Of a stretch of DNA of 64,000 nucleotides, positions 1 to 13,100 are shown piece by piece. The DNA lies in NCBI RefSeq assembly GCF_964194025.1, contig NC_134469.1:76012001-76076000 (forward strand), in the 5' to 3' direction. The stretch is from Convolutriloba macropyga. Lineage: Eukaryota. How positions within the stretch are numbered: the stretch's first letter is position 1; every line of letters starts with the position of its first letter. The position numbers were made by a program, and so were the translations under genes. The notes below the pieces were generated by a model. The model did not search any database. It was not told where the DNA came from and worked only from the letters and a program-made list of their open reading frames with translations.

Positions 1-1149
1 AAATTGACAAATTTCAAAACTTCACTAACATTCTCTTAAAACCAAGACATTCAAAGTCATAAGGGGATTAGATAATAACTGAAGGCATTGCATAGGCTCA
101 CTTGCAGCTTTTTATGAACTTATTAGAATCTTTAATTTAAAAAATGTAGTCATAGGGCTGCAAAAAGTATTACAAGTGAATCCAAAACAAAAGGAAATCA
201 TTTAAAATTTACGAAAATACATTTTCAATTCTCTGAAAACTATGAGCTTTTCTCTGAAGACAAACTATTTTCATGTGGCCTTGCTTTGTTGTGAAAAGGA
301 TTGATAGTCATTGATTGGGCCATGATTTAAAATAATTCGTTTCAGTGATCAACATAAAAAAACAAAACTGCAAAAAATTTTGAAAAAGATCGCGCCCTTA
401 TATAATCCGAATAGTTATTGATTGTAAGAGTTCATGACGTGTTGACCCCTAGCCCTGATTTTTCTCAGCGTCCAACAAAAGCAATTAATTAATCCATATA
501 TTTGCAAAATAGATCAAACAATAAATGAAATATTTCAATAAACCACACTTCGTATAATTTTTCGGTTTATTTTTCAAAAACTGACAAAATTGAATTCAAA
601 AAAAACTCCTACAGGAAGCAAATGTACAGCTGTCTTTTTAGGAGTTTTCAAAGATTGTGGCAGCAGATGTTATGTCTCTACTTCCTGCAAATTGAAACGA
701 AGTAGGAAACAAAAGCTTATTTGCAGCCTTTTTTGAGTTAAAAAAGTCAAATTCGAAAAATTTAGCAAAATTATTAACCGAAAAGCTCGGATAAAACAAG
801 TGGGCGAGCCTTCTCTATCCTTAACCGTAAAACCAATAACATTGTTTTAAAAAATTTTAACGAGTTTTAGCAAAATTAACGAAAATTTGGTCAAAAATTA
901 CGGAAAATGTGAATAAAAACATTGGAATTCACTCTACTTTTCTCAAAAGTTTAAACCGCGATAACTCCCCGTAAATTACAAAAATCAAATGTTTTTTAAT
1001 TCCATATTCTACGCTGGACGAGCTTTCTAATGATACCAGTCTCAACTCTCTTCGATGAATATATCGATCGGCCAAAATTGTCTGAACAAAAAAAATGAAC
1101 CCATTTGAGTATATAGTCCCCCCCCCCCCCCACATGTGGGTCGGAACAA
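1..1149 (-). mobile_element. Family D element, partial, in the last MELK intron
   Basis: 780-1149 aligns by eye with 31530-31875 and ends CCCACATGTGGGTCGGAACAA. Confidence 0.6.
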
Positions 1150-1363
1150 TGAAAAAGTCGACAATATTGGTCTCACTGTTACCCACTATAATGCTTAATT
1201 GTGGTCCAAAACCTCCTCTAACAATAGTAACATTTGAAGCTTTTACATGAATTTAGAGCCCACCAAACCGACAGCAGGCTGCAATAGAATAGATACCCAT
1301 CGGTTATTTTTAAAAATGCTGAAGTCTAGCTCGAGTGATGCAGTGACCTGTTTGTTGTTCTAG

Positions 1364-1638
1364 TTGAGAATTGTCCATCAGCAGCCGTTTTACTACACGA
1401 AGTCCACCGAGTTTGCAAGGAGGATGCAATGCTGGATACGAAGTTGAAATTATACACAGTGTCATGCAAAGCTCTTGACCAAAAGAGTAACACCCGCCTC
1501 AAATTTACCCTGGAAGTGGTTGTTGTATCTCGACTAAAGCAGTTCGGAATTCTCCGGAAGCGACTGGTTGGTGACACTTGGGAGTACAAGACACTTACTC
1601 AGAGAGTTCTCAACTCTCTTAAGCTTTCCGACGATTGA
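1364..1638 (+). CDS. MELK: Terminal coding exon of a MELK-like kinase (C-terminal KA1 domain); rest of gene lies upstream of the window
   Basis: Acceptor ttgttgttctAG ends at 1363. Reads ENCPSAAVLLHEVHRVC...KLYTVSC...LKFTLEVVVVSRLKQFGILRKRLVGDTWEYKTLTQRVL...stop, matching the MELK KA1 pattern LLNEI...KGYTLKC...QFELEV...GIRRQRLKGDAWVYKRLVEDIL recalled from memory. Kinase domain is not in the window. Confidence 0.78.
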
Positions 1639-4153
1639 ACGATGCAAATATTGTTTTTAATCAAATGATGTTTCGTTGTTTTATGTGTCAAACAACCAAG
1701 CGATCGTGTGCTGTTGATGTAAATTACTTTGATTGATGATTTATTGTTTTCCGACTTTCTTTGCTTTGAGCTATTTCTCATTTGAATTTACTATCAGGGA
1801 GTCTTTAAAATACTTACTTCGAAGCAATATTGTTATCTCTGTGTGTAGCCAACCCCTCTCATGATCTTCAGTGTGTGAAGCTCAAAATTAAAACTTGTTT
1901 AAGGCTACGATTTTCTTAAGCTAAAGTTTGCTGTAAAAGGCATGCATTCGCCCCTCTAGAATTGAGATATTGTTGCTGAATTAAATTGATTAAAACATAA
2001 CGAGTTCAACTTGCAAGCCATAAAAATAGTATTAGCGAACTATAACGTCATTTGATGAATTTAGTTTCATAATGATATGAACTGTATTTGTTTGGCTTTA
2101 ATCTCTCGTGCAATATATGCTGAAGCGTGACTATTAGTGAATAGATAGATGGTTAGTGATTTGTTTTCAGTTTTGATTTTGTGTGTGCTGTAACAATTAT
2201 TTTTGTTTCTGCTTTTTAATCGAACGGAGCGAGCAGTAATCCAGCGCAACTGCAGTCGCAATCCAATTCCGTTAATTGAACTGAGTAGTTTAATTTGAGT
2301 TTTGTTGCTGAAGATGTATAATAAGTGATTGCAGCTTATTGCCTCAACTTAAAAAGACGAAAATGGAAAAGTTTACTCGCTGTCGAACGACGTTTGATAC
2401 CATTTTTATTTGTCGTTTTTTGGCTGAAATTTTGTTGCACTGGTTATAATAATCTCTGATGACGTCATTTGAAGACATTCCCTCAGTGAATCCCCCCCCC
2501 CCCCCCCCCCCGGCTGAAGCAGGCTACAATAAATTCGAGCTCCCGCTAGTTGTTCGAGCGAGAAGTCTTCCGACGGAAGTCGGTTGTGTTTTTGAAACGA
2601 CGACGCAATTTTTTTGGATCTTAATGACGATTGTTGAAAATATTTGCTAGGATATAACAGTTTGCTGTAGTCGTCATTACCAAAGCTTGATTTTCATGGC
2701 AGCAAGGACGTGTCTTCTATATAAGTTTTAAAAAGCGTACGTGCATGCTACAAGGCATCGAAAACCTATTTCATGCCTGCTGCGGGGAATCGTGAAAGCA
2801 GTTCAGTGTGGCTGTCTGACATGGTTCCGTGCTAAATGTACAGTTGGATAGCTTGATGTTGTAACAATTGGCAGTTTCAGATTGTTTTTTGACCGGATTT
2901 TTCCAATTCTCTTCTGCTTGAGTAAATGTACTACGTGAACAGAGATTCACTAGTCAATTTTTATTTTAAAGTTGCAACTTAGAATGTCCATTTGACTGTT
3001 TTACTGCAATATTTGAGGCATAAGTTGAGTTTTAAAGAGCAAGAATTACACATATATGTGTCCAAACAGATGAGAAATTGGGCAAGCATATGCTGTAGTA
3101 TGCGTATCTATATGACATTCGTTTGTTAATTGATCAATTTTCCCGATTCCTCGTTGAAAAGGGGGTATCACCGGAAAAAAATGTTAAGCAATGTTTAAAA
3201 CATGTTAAAAAAATCTTGCGAAACAGACGCAGCACTGATTATTACCAGATAACAGCAAAGAAATATCTGATGCGGATTTTTTTTAAAAAAAACAATCATT
3301 TTATTTGTTCTCCGAATGATTATACAGATTGATGTTAAGGTTTTACCGTTCCAGGCAGCGGAACTAGTATTTTTTGTCTCCGGTGAAGTTTTGAAAGGGT
3401 GAATATGATCTCGTCCAAGTTCAGTATATCCGATGTTGGTCAGTTGTTTGCTGTACATTCACATTTGGCAACAAAGCAGAAAGCTCTGGTAGTGATAGCA
3501 CAATGAAAGATAGTCCATCATGAATATTTTCATGAAAACATCATGAGGATGGAAAGAAATACAAGAATTTTTTGCAACGACCAAATGTTTGTAAGCACAT
3601 TTTGAATATGACCTTCATCTGTGTATCATTTTGAAAATTTTTTTCTGGGTGCAGTTCTGCTAACTTGTGAATCATCGTTTGCATTTATTGACCTTATCAA
3701 CGTATATATATTTTAGTATTGTAATGCAAACAATTTTCCATCAATTTCAGATTGGATTGAGTTCCAGCTATCTGCATAGAATTCAAAATCTGTTGACGCG
3801 AATTACGACTTGTAGTCAGTTATTGTCTTCATCTGAAGAGCTTACAACCACTACAGTTAACGAAATACATTCATCAGAAGCAGCTTTTTCATGACCGTGG
3901 TTTGTTGTCGAGAAAACACGAGTTGTTTCAAGAGAAAGAGGACAACCAGTTGTAGTGTACCGGAGGACTTGGAGTCATCGCAAAACTCAAATAAACACTC
4001 ATCAAATTTACAATTTGCCTGTTGCATCAAGTCGAATTGTTTTACAGATTTTAAAGTTTTGCATTATTTAATATCAATTGACAGCCTTAGATTAATTTTG
4101 AAAAGTAGTGATACATTTACAAGCTGCAGTGCTAACAAACAAGTTTTGTCAAG

Positions 4154-7100
4154 ATGCCTCCTAAAAAGGGCAAGAAGAAAAACAACTTTGAGGAGGACTA
4201 TTTCTTCGAGGATGCAGAAGCTACAGCGCCAGGAGCTGCCGCTAATCAGCTTAATGAAAAAGGAGACCCTACTGTGACAAATGGATCAAGTAAATTATTA
4301 AATTATTGCTTTTGTTTTTAATAGCCGCGAAGCGATAGCTGAGGCTATTATTTGCCTTCTCTTGTTAATAGCCGCCCTCATCTTCTCAGCCGGCTATTAT
4401 TGCGCTCGTATTTTTTTTTACTTCGTCAAACTTTTTTTCGCTTTACCATTTTGCCGCTTTTTCGACATTTTGCGTGAAATCTTTTTTGACTTTAGGCTAG
4501 TTTCTCTCATTCTGCTAAAAGTGAATTTGAACATCAGTTGCTAAGCAAAGCAATTCAAAATGAACAGAGTGGGTATAAAAAATTGAAGTCAGAAATAGAA
4601 ACGGGATAAACCCATAAAGCCCAATTTTAGATGCCCGCTATTTGAACGTCGTTCCTATAAGTCTTAGTTACCACCTCTAATGCTTATTGGTGTTGATAGT
4701 AGCCCCTGTAGCCTCTCTCTAAGAAACAGAAGTATGTTCAACTACAAAATGCCATCAAAATAAATCGGACTTAAAAAATATTTTTGTACAAAAATCTTTT
4801 TTTTAATATATTCTATTCGTTCAATCCCAATCATGCTTATTGGAATCAACGGCGGCTATTTTCCGGCAATCTGCCGGGTATGTTTTTTATTTCGTCAAGA
4901 TTTTTGTTACGACCATATGACGTCATAACCACTTCTGCTTTTTGTTCATTCGTTCATGCAATTTCAAATTAATTGCGTGCGTGACGTCATTTTTCACTCT
5001 TGGTGGAGCTAGTTTTTTTGCTCATTCGCGTGATTAATTTTTTGGTCACACGTGACTTACCTCACTCTTAAAAATGACTTCCTCACTTTGAAATTGACTT
5101 TTCTTTGCTTTAATTCAAAGAGATAAGGTCAAATGAGTGCTTGTCACTCTACTTGAAGGTTATTTAAGAGCAGCAAATAGAAACAGCAATAAGTTTTACA
5201 GATCCTTATTCAAAATTTAACATCTCAGCGCTTAATGAAAAGAATAAATTTCTTTTTTGGTCTGCCTTTTTTACCTTCTGTTTGAGACTACAGATCTATG
5301 AAACTATTGCGGCTATTTTCTGGCAAATTGCCAGCTATGATTGAATATTTGCCCTGAACGGCTGTTAATGCCTTTTCAAACTATATTTGGAAACATCCTC
5401 GCGAAGACCATTTTCTCCAAAACTGATTAAAGAGTTATTTTGTTTATAACGAAAAAAGTGTTTGACTATAAGCATTTTTTTCCGTTGGAACATTTGACCT
5501 ATTAGTAGTTCTTGAGGCTCTTACATTTGTGATGTTTGGAGAATGTGTTTTTAAGTTTTGGCACGTGTATTTCTGTGTATTTAGGATCCCAAATCGTGAC
5601 AGCTATTAAGAAAAGTTCTCTTGCTGTCGAAATTTAGGGTTTCATTGTTTGAATTGTTATCCCTCTTGAGCTATGTCTGCATAATGGGAGAGAATTCTTT
5701 TGCTGAGAAAGAAGGTTGAGTTTCTTTGTGAGGCTCATTTTGTTTTTTTTACGACTCGAAGAAGAGTATTGGAGAAAGGTCTTTTTTAAATTGCTCTCGA
5801 AGAGAAGCAATTCTTCTAAAAGCGTATCTTTTTTACAACTTGAAGAGGATTATTGAGATTCTACAGGTTTTTACGACTCGATGAGGAGTATTGAGATTCT
5901 ACAGGTTTTTTTTAGCTGAAGTCATGACTTGAAATTTGATTGTTACTATTGTTTTAGAACGTTGACTTCTGTTTTCAAACAACCGACTTGAAAAGTATCT
6001 TAGTTTGTAATGTACAGTAATTAAGAACTTATAGTAATATTCAAGGTGAAAAAGTCATTTAGTCAATTTTTGATCCTACATAAGTCCCTACAACCTATCT
6101 AACCTACCCCAACTAGCCCCCACAATTACCCCCCCCCCCCACACACACACACGCCTACTCGCACACCACACCTATCACCCCCCACCACAAACCTACCCCC
6201 CCCCCCCCACGCATGCGGACGTACATCCGAAGCTCCTTGTTTTATTTCACATAGTTTAAATACCGCCAAAATTGTATTATATTTAGTGTTTCGTTACTAT
6301 CTTATTTAAAATTTCCTATGTTATTTTCACATGCTAATATTTTCATACTACCTTACCATAGCGGCAGCATCTATTTTATTGCAGAACTTAGGCAACGATG
6401 ATGTGCAATCACTATATCCATCTTTCACGGCTCTAATACTTTATGCTGACTTCATTTAGTGGGCAGAGGTATAAAGTGCTGCGCTCAACTGGTTTCTTGA
6501 CAATTCTGGCCAATAGATATTTTTATTTCAAAGTTCAAAGTGACATCAAAAGGAAGCTCAGCTGCAGTGGATTAATTTGTTCACAAGATTTTTCAAAATT
6601 TGTTTTGTAACTACTTTTCTCATGTGAATTATTGAAAAACAATCCGGAAAATGTTTAATATGACGATTTTTCGTTTATTTATTGTTGACTTGATTTTAGG
6701 CACAGGCAGTTTGTTTATTGTTTCGACCCCACCGTATTTCAAATAGGAAATTTTCCTTCTATCCGTTTTCAAGTTGCTATCGAGGTTTACAGTTTTATGA
6801 GCAAATGGCTGACTTCCGCCGTTTTTGTTAGCGTCCTTATTTATTTTCATAAATTTTGAGCAATCATGCTAAAAGTATGTTAAATTCATTAACAACAGTG
6901 GTTTTGATCTTACCTTTAAAGTTAGATGAAAGTTGCTAAACTGATTGATCTGACTTTTTGGCTAAATTTTGGACGATTTAGTTTTTATTCATAATGAAAA
7001 ATGGCACCAAGTATGCTTCTTAAGCCCACTTCGTCTCAAATCTACTGGAACTACAGACTTAAAAAGTGCTGACATAAATAAAATTATTTTCGTAAACCGA

Positions 7101-10100
7101 GAGGATGGCTAGAACTAAAATGTTCTAGAACTAAAATTTTAACAGCTTTTCGCTAATTTAAATCGATTTATCCAAAATACATCAGGTTTTTTTGATATGT
7201 ATATTTTTGGCGAAATTTGTGTTGCACTAAGAATTGGAACAATTTTGTATTTTTAAAAACGCTCATCATTAGGAAGTGTTGTTTAGGTCGCAACGGGATT
7301 CAGATTGTTTGGGGACGCTTTTTCAATTTTATTTGCAAAAGTACATTACGAACCTCCTTGTTTTCTTGCACATAGTTTAAATACTTCGATTTTTTTGATA
7401 GTATGGAATGAGTCTCGGTTAAATTTTGCGGTCCGTTTTGATTCACCTTCTATAATTTTTGTATAAATTTATGCCACGTCCTGTTTAGTTCGTTTTTGAT
7501 CTTCTTCTTAAAAGTAAAAATGAGGAAACTTAAGTTGGTCTTCTGACGTTTTCAATTTGCTTTATTCTTTTGTGATAAAATTAATTAGCACAATTAAATA
7601 TTTTTTTAAAAATCATTGGTGAGATGGCCGTTCTGCGATATTTCATTCTGACGTTGAATGCATTTTTATTAAGTAAATTTTTTCGTAACTATGCATCATA
7701 ACTTTTAACTGTCCTAGTTTGAATGAAAACTGTGTACAGACATGAGTTTTTCGCGGACACAAAAATTGATTTTGGGCGGCGCTCAAACAAGATATATGCT
7801 TCTGTTTGACTGTGGTCTATTATGCGGCGCGGTACAACTAAGTATTACTACTAATAATAAGTGACTCGGTACTACTAATTTCTGTGATTACTAAGTAAAT
7901 TCGTATTCTGATGTTTCGACTCATTTAGCAAACTGAGTTTGAATCATTGTGAAGTTTTTGAACTCTATCCTTTCTGGAGATTTTTTAAAAGAAAATATTA
8001 TTATTTAAAATTTTTCAAGGCTGGGTTTGGTACCTTTAATGCGCCTAGTCTTTGAAGAATTCCATTATTGTGCGGGTTAGTTTTTATCGTTTTCCTCATT
8101 GTATTTTTGTGTTTTTAGTCGGTTTTATTTCGGTAGCTCAACAAATTTTTCTAATTTGTTGAGGCTTTGTGTGTGATGGCTCACTCAGAGCTTCATATGG
8201 ACTTAATGTTTTATTGAGGTTTGCAAGCTGCTGTCATAAACTTTTTTGATGATAGTCAACGAAATTGATGATTATTTCGAATTGGTATCAGTTGACTTCA
8301 ATTGGTTTCTAGAAAATGAGGACGGAGACAGCAATATGTCGGAGTCAACTCAGCCTTCCAAAAGTGCTTCCAAGAAAGCAGCCAAGGGTGGTAAGAAAAA
8401 GGCCAAGTTCGAAGATTTTGACGACTATTTCTTCGGAGATGATGATGCCGATGAGGCTAAGGAGAATCGTGACGAGACTGCTAATGCTGATGAAGTAAAC
8501 AAAGAAGCAAAGTCTCAGAAGTCTTCTAGCCCGCCTGAAGAACCAAAAGAAGCAGGTGAGTTTGTTGCCTTGAGGTCATTTATAACTGAATTTATTTTAA
8601 CTTCCTCCCTGACTTCTTTGAAATTCATCAATATTTTCAGATAAAAATTTAATTTCTAGAATTTTTTTGTAAAATAATAATAATAATAAAAAATTAATTG
8701 ACAATTAACTTGGTTAACATAACGGTGGTTATCAATACAACCGTTATGAACCATCAATATTTATCTAAACCGAGTTTGTTGATATTTTTGTATAACAAGC
8801 TTGGTAAAAAGCAGTGTATAAGAATCATGCACCCAACTTGTCAATGAAAAATTAATGAATTGAAGTCATGGGATGTCGTGTTTACGAATTGAAACAGATT
8901 GTATCGAAATAGATTATTTCTAACCTTTTAAGCATATGAATTTCAGTTTGATAAATTAGCTGTTTCTTAGCTTTCCTACTGACGTTTGTTAACCTATTGA
9001 CCACTTTTGCTGCAGAAATTTTGGACACACACTAGCAAGGTCTCGTATGGCTTGCTCTCTTATTTCATCAAGTTTTTTATTTCAGATGTTGAGCAGATAT
9101 CTGACCAGAATTTTTTCTTTGTGAAGCAAGTTTTTGAAATGTGTACGATGAAGTAGACAGAGAAGTGGATAAACCAATAATGGCACCATCAAACACAATT
9201 TGTAACATGAACATTAGCCCTGTTGGTGTAGTGATTTTTTGTCTCACCGTTTGACTTCTTGATCAATCAAAGTTGTTTGGGTGCTGTTGGTTTTCGTAAT
9301 GCAGTTTTTTTATCATATTTTTGGCGTCTGTTCTACTTGAGTTTTGACCCGCAGAACGGATAAAACCCGAGCGTATTGAGTCCCTGTGCAGCTCGGTTTT
9401 AGTTTTTGTAGTCTCGTAGTGTAATGTTCAACAAAGCTCTTATGAGAGCTAAATTCATGATCTGTTGGTCTAGAAATTTGAACAACCACGCCGACGAGTG
9501 TTTTCACATCTGTTTTTTGCGCATCAGTTTTATTGTCCAAATTTTTGAAGGGCACCATTAATTTTGAGTTTTCATTACAATTTTTTTTGTCTGCACAAAA
9601 AAATAGGAATTTACATCAATCTACGCTTGAGGTACAAAATTAGTTTGGATTTTAATTGAAGTTTTTTTTCTTTATATACTTTATATCAAAAGTTATGCTG
9701 CCACTTTTATACTTTTGATGAAATCATGAAAAAATTGGAGGAATAATTACATGCCCAATAAGTTCCATACTTGTCAACAAATTTCTTTGTAATCAAATTT
9801 TTTGACGTGTTTTAGCGGCTTTTTTACGTACCTTCTACAGAAATTCAGAGAAATTTGCCGAATTTTTCACGGAAATTTGGCTGCAGAAATAAATTGGAGA
9901 ATTCTTCTAGAAGTATGCTAGACATTCAAAAATTGAGGGATTTTAATTAGTTTTCTTTTCGTTCCAAGGGAAAATTTCGGTTGCTGCTTTTTACGTTTGA
10001 TAGAACAAATTAAAATAACACTTGTAAAACTTCTAGCATCTTTTCCGTTTGTGGCCCTCCCCAGTATGTTATGCAACCCGTTACTGGGCACTTGCCATTA

Positions 10101-13100
10101 CATAGTAAATCATTGTAAAAACATGGCACGCGTGTCGGGGGGGGGGTGCAATTAATATGCACCCACTAAGCTGGGGGATGCACAATCGGAAAAGATCCAA
10201 CATCTACTATTGTAAAACACCTACAACAACTTGATACTTGTTTTTAATAGCCGAGAAGCTATAGCGGCTAATATTGGGGACATCGTGTTTTTTTAAATTC
10301 ATTGTCTCTATCGATGATTTTTAAACCTGACTTCTTGGAATTGAGTTTTTCAATGACTTCAGTGACTTCTACTGCTTTGCAGTTAACATTTGTGTGCGTG
10401 ACGTCATTTCTGTTATTAGATCAATTGTGTGACTTACCTCACTCGAAAAAAATGACATCTGAACTCACTTATGGAACTTTAAGTGTTATGAACATTTACT
10501 AGTTAAAGATCAATAGTGCGCATCTAAGTAGTGCCAAACCTATATGCCCCACTTCTTGATTATTAGACTTGAGTTTTTGATTTCGAACATCAATTTTGTA
10601 AAAGCTCTTTTAGGTCTTTTTTTCCTTATAGACCGTATATGTAATAAAATTGACTGTCCAAATATAACCCAAAAAGTCTAGTGGTCTGTTAAAGGACAGG
10701 TGGTCAATCTGTCTATCTTATTTCTGGAGTTGTTTCACTTCCATGGAAGGCTACAAGCGTGTATCGATGCTTTTTTTTGGAAGTCTGCTGGCTGTGTTCA
10801 GAAATAACCACTTTACGCATAATTATTGGCTAGTCACATTGAAAGTCTCGCATATTCCTTGGTCTCTTATTTATTACCCATATATTGAGCAGATTTTTGA
10901 CCAGAATTATGTTATCTTTATAAAGCTAAATTACTCAATTTGACCTTTGATCAGTTTTGAACTGCATATTTGCCATTTGACTGCAACTCGAAGCAATTAT
11001 TTTAAACGTGTTTTTCAAATTTTTGCTTGAACGATTTGCGCGTTTGTTCTAGAACATTCTCTGACTTCTCAAGTCTCAAGTGGCTTCTTCACGCTTGTCC
11101 TCTTCGTGTTTGATTGATCTCGATTGCTCACAAATTAATGTTTGCTGCTAAAATAAAAGCGATTGTATCATTGGAGATACAAGGGTATGATAGCCGAGTG
11201 GTTTAATGTTTCTGTCGAGTACTCCGGAGGTCGGGGAGTTGGAATGCTTTCCCTTTTCGCAGCCATGAAAAATTATCTAGGCTACATCCCCAGAAATATA
11301 CTGCCCGCCTGTATTTCGAGATCATATTGGTCCGTTATTGGTCGGTTTGTTTTGACCTGCGACCTGCAGAAGGGCTTTATATCCGAGCGCATTGAATCCC
11401 TGTACAGCTCGATGAAAGTTTTTGTAGACGTCAATATGTTTTAGAGCATAATCCGTTTTGAGTTTTTGGTTGTTAGCTTTTGGCTGCACGAATAATTGGA
11501 GGTTTTCCATCATTTTATGCCATAGCTTAAAAAGTAATGTTTAGGATTTCAAATACAATTTTTGATCTATTGAAAAAAATTGTATTGCTACTTTTATACC
11601 TTTGATGAAATCATGAAAAAAAGTTTGAGGGAATTAGAAACCTAAGAAGTTTCATACATTTAAACAAAATTCAAATTTTTCTTAAATGTTTGGATTCACA
11701 GAGAATTTCGTTTTTTTTGTCATGCAGATGAAAAACAGTGCAATAATTAGTCGGCTGTTAATGAACGATTGATATGAAAAAAGCAATTTAATACGGCAAC
11801 AATGTGATACCGGAGAACTTCGTTATGAAAAAGCACTTAAAGCTGAAATTTGTCGACTGTTGTTGAGTCTACTTACATTTTTGTGTTTCATGCATTTTTA
11901 ATTGCTCTCAAAAGAAGTTTGTAGCAATATTAGTCCTATGGTTTTTTATGTGATTTTTCGTCTGACCCATTTGAGTTTTAGTCCTCAAAAATGGGATAAA
12001 GGTAGCGCTTGGAGGGCATTAAGTGGCCGAGAAGCTCTCTTATAGCCGTAAACCTTACACCAACCATCCTTTCTTAGTCTTAAAGGTTTGACCCACCCTG
12101 TCATTCCCCCGCCCCTCAGTCACCCCAACCCCCTCCCCCAAAAGCCCCATCACTTGACCCCCCCCCCCCCCCCCAACGCTTGACCCCCCTCGCTCCGCTC
12201 ACACCCAACTGATGCATCCCTAAGCCCCAGCTGGCTACTACCGAAGCCCACCGATCGGCAGTCGTTTCAGAGCAATTCGCCCGAAGTTAGTCGGTTGTTC
12301 TTTTTTTTACTGTTGAGACCGTTTTATATCGGAGTTAGTCTAACCTCTTTTTTAAAGGCTGAATGGCGCACCAAAGTTTCTTCAAAAGTGAGCTGGAACA
12401 CAGCTGCGAAAAACTAAATGTTGGAAAGATTTAAAATAGGAAGCATCGGATAATTAGAAGTTGGCGAATTGGATGATTAAGCAAGTTTGACTGCGCTTTT
12501 GTCGATTACATCAAGAAACGTGACATAGTTCATACAGTTTCCGATATCAAACACAAATGTGGTAGTTTTTTCAGTAATTAGTGGAAACAATTTTATTTTC
12601 TTAACTTTTTATAGCTGCGAAGCTGTAAGCTGAGCGTAGCTATATTGCGGTGCTCTTGGTTCTTACGACTCGAAGAGGAGTATTGAGATTCTGCAGGTTT
12701 TTTAAAGCAGAAAGCAAGTTTGTTCATGACTTGAATTTTGACTTCTTTCTGTTCGACCATTAACCTCCGTTTTTGATTGTTGACTTCTGTTTTCGAACAT
12801 TGGACTTTAACAGTAGCTTCTTTTGTAATGTATAGTAATTAGGAACTGCTCATGATGTTCAAGGTGAAGAGGTCATTTTGAGATTTTTCGTATAAAAGTC
12901 ACCCCTAATTATCTAAATTACATCGCACAAACCCCCCACCACCTATCTACCCCCCCCCCCACCACCACCTATCTACCCCCACTTCCAACACCTACCTACC
13001 CCCCCCCCCTCCCCACCGCCCCCCGCACCCCCCCCCCCCCAAAAAAAAATCCACCATCTACCCCTACCCCCTCCCTTCACCTAACTACCCCCAACTATCC

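Noticed and set aside
2459-2650. Poly-proline ORFs (also 37030-37245)
   Set aside because: Produced by poly-C tracts in or near repeats; no splice or homology support.
3891-4277. 128-aa ORF as a separate gene
   Set aside because: Overlaps eIF5B exon 1 in another frame and has no recognisable motif.
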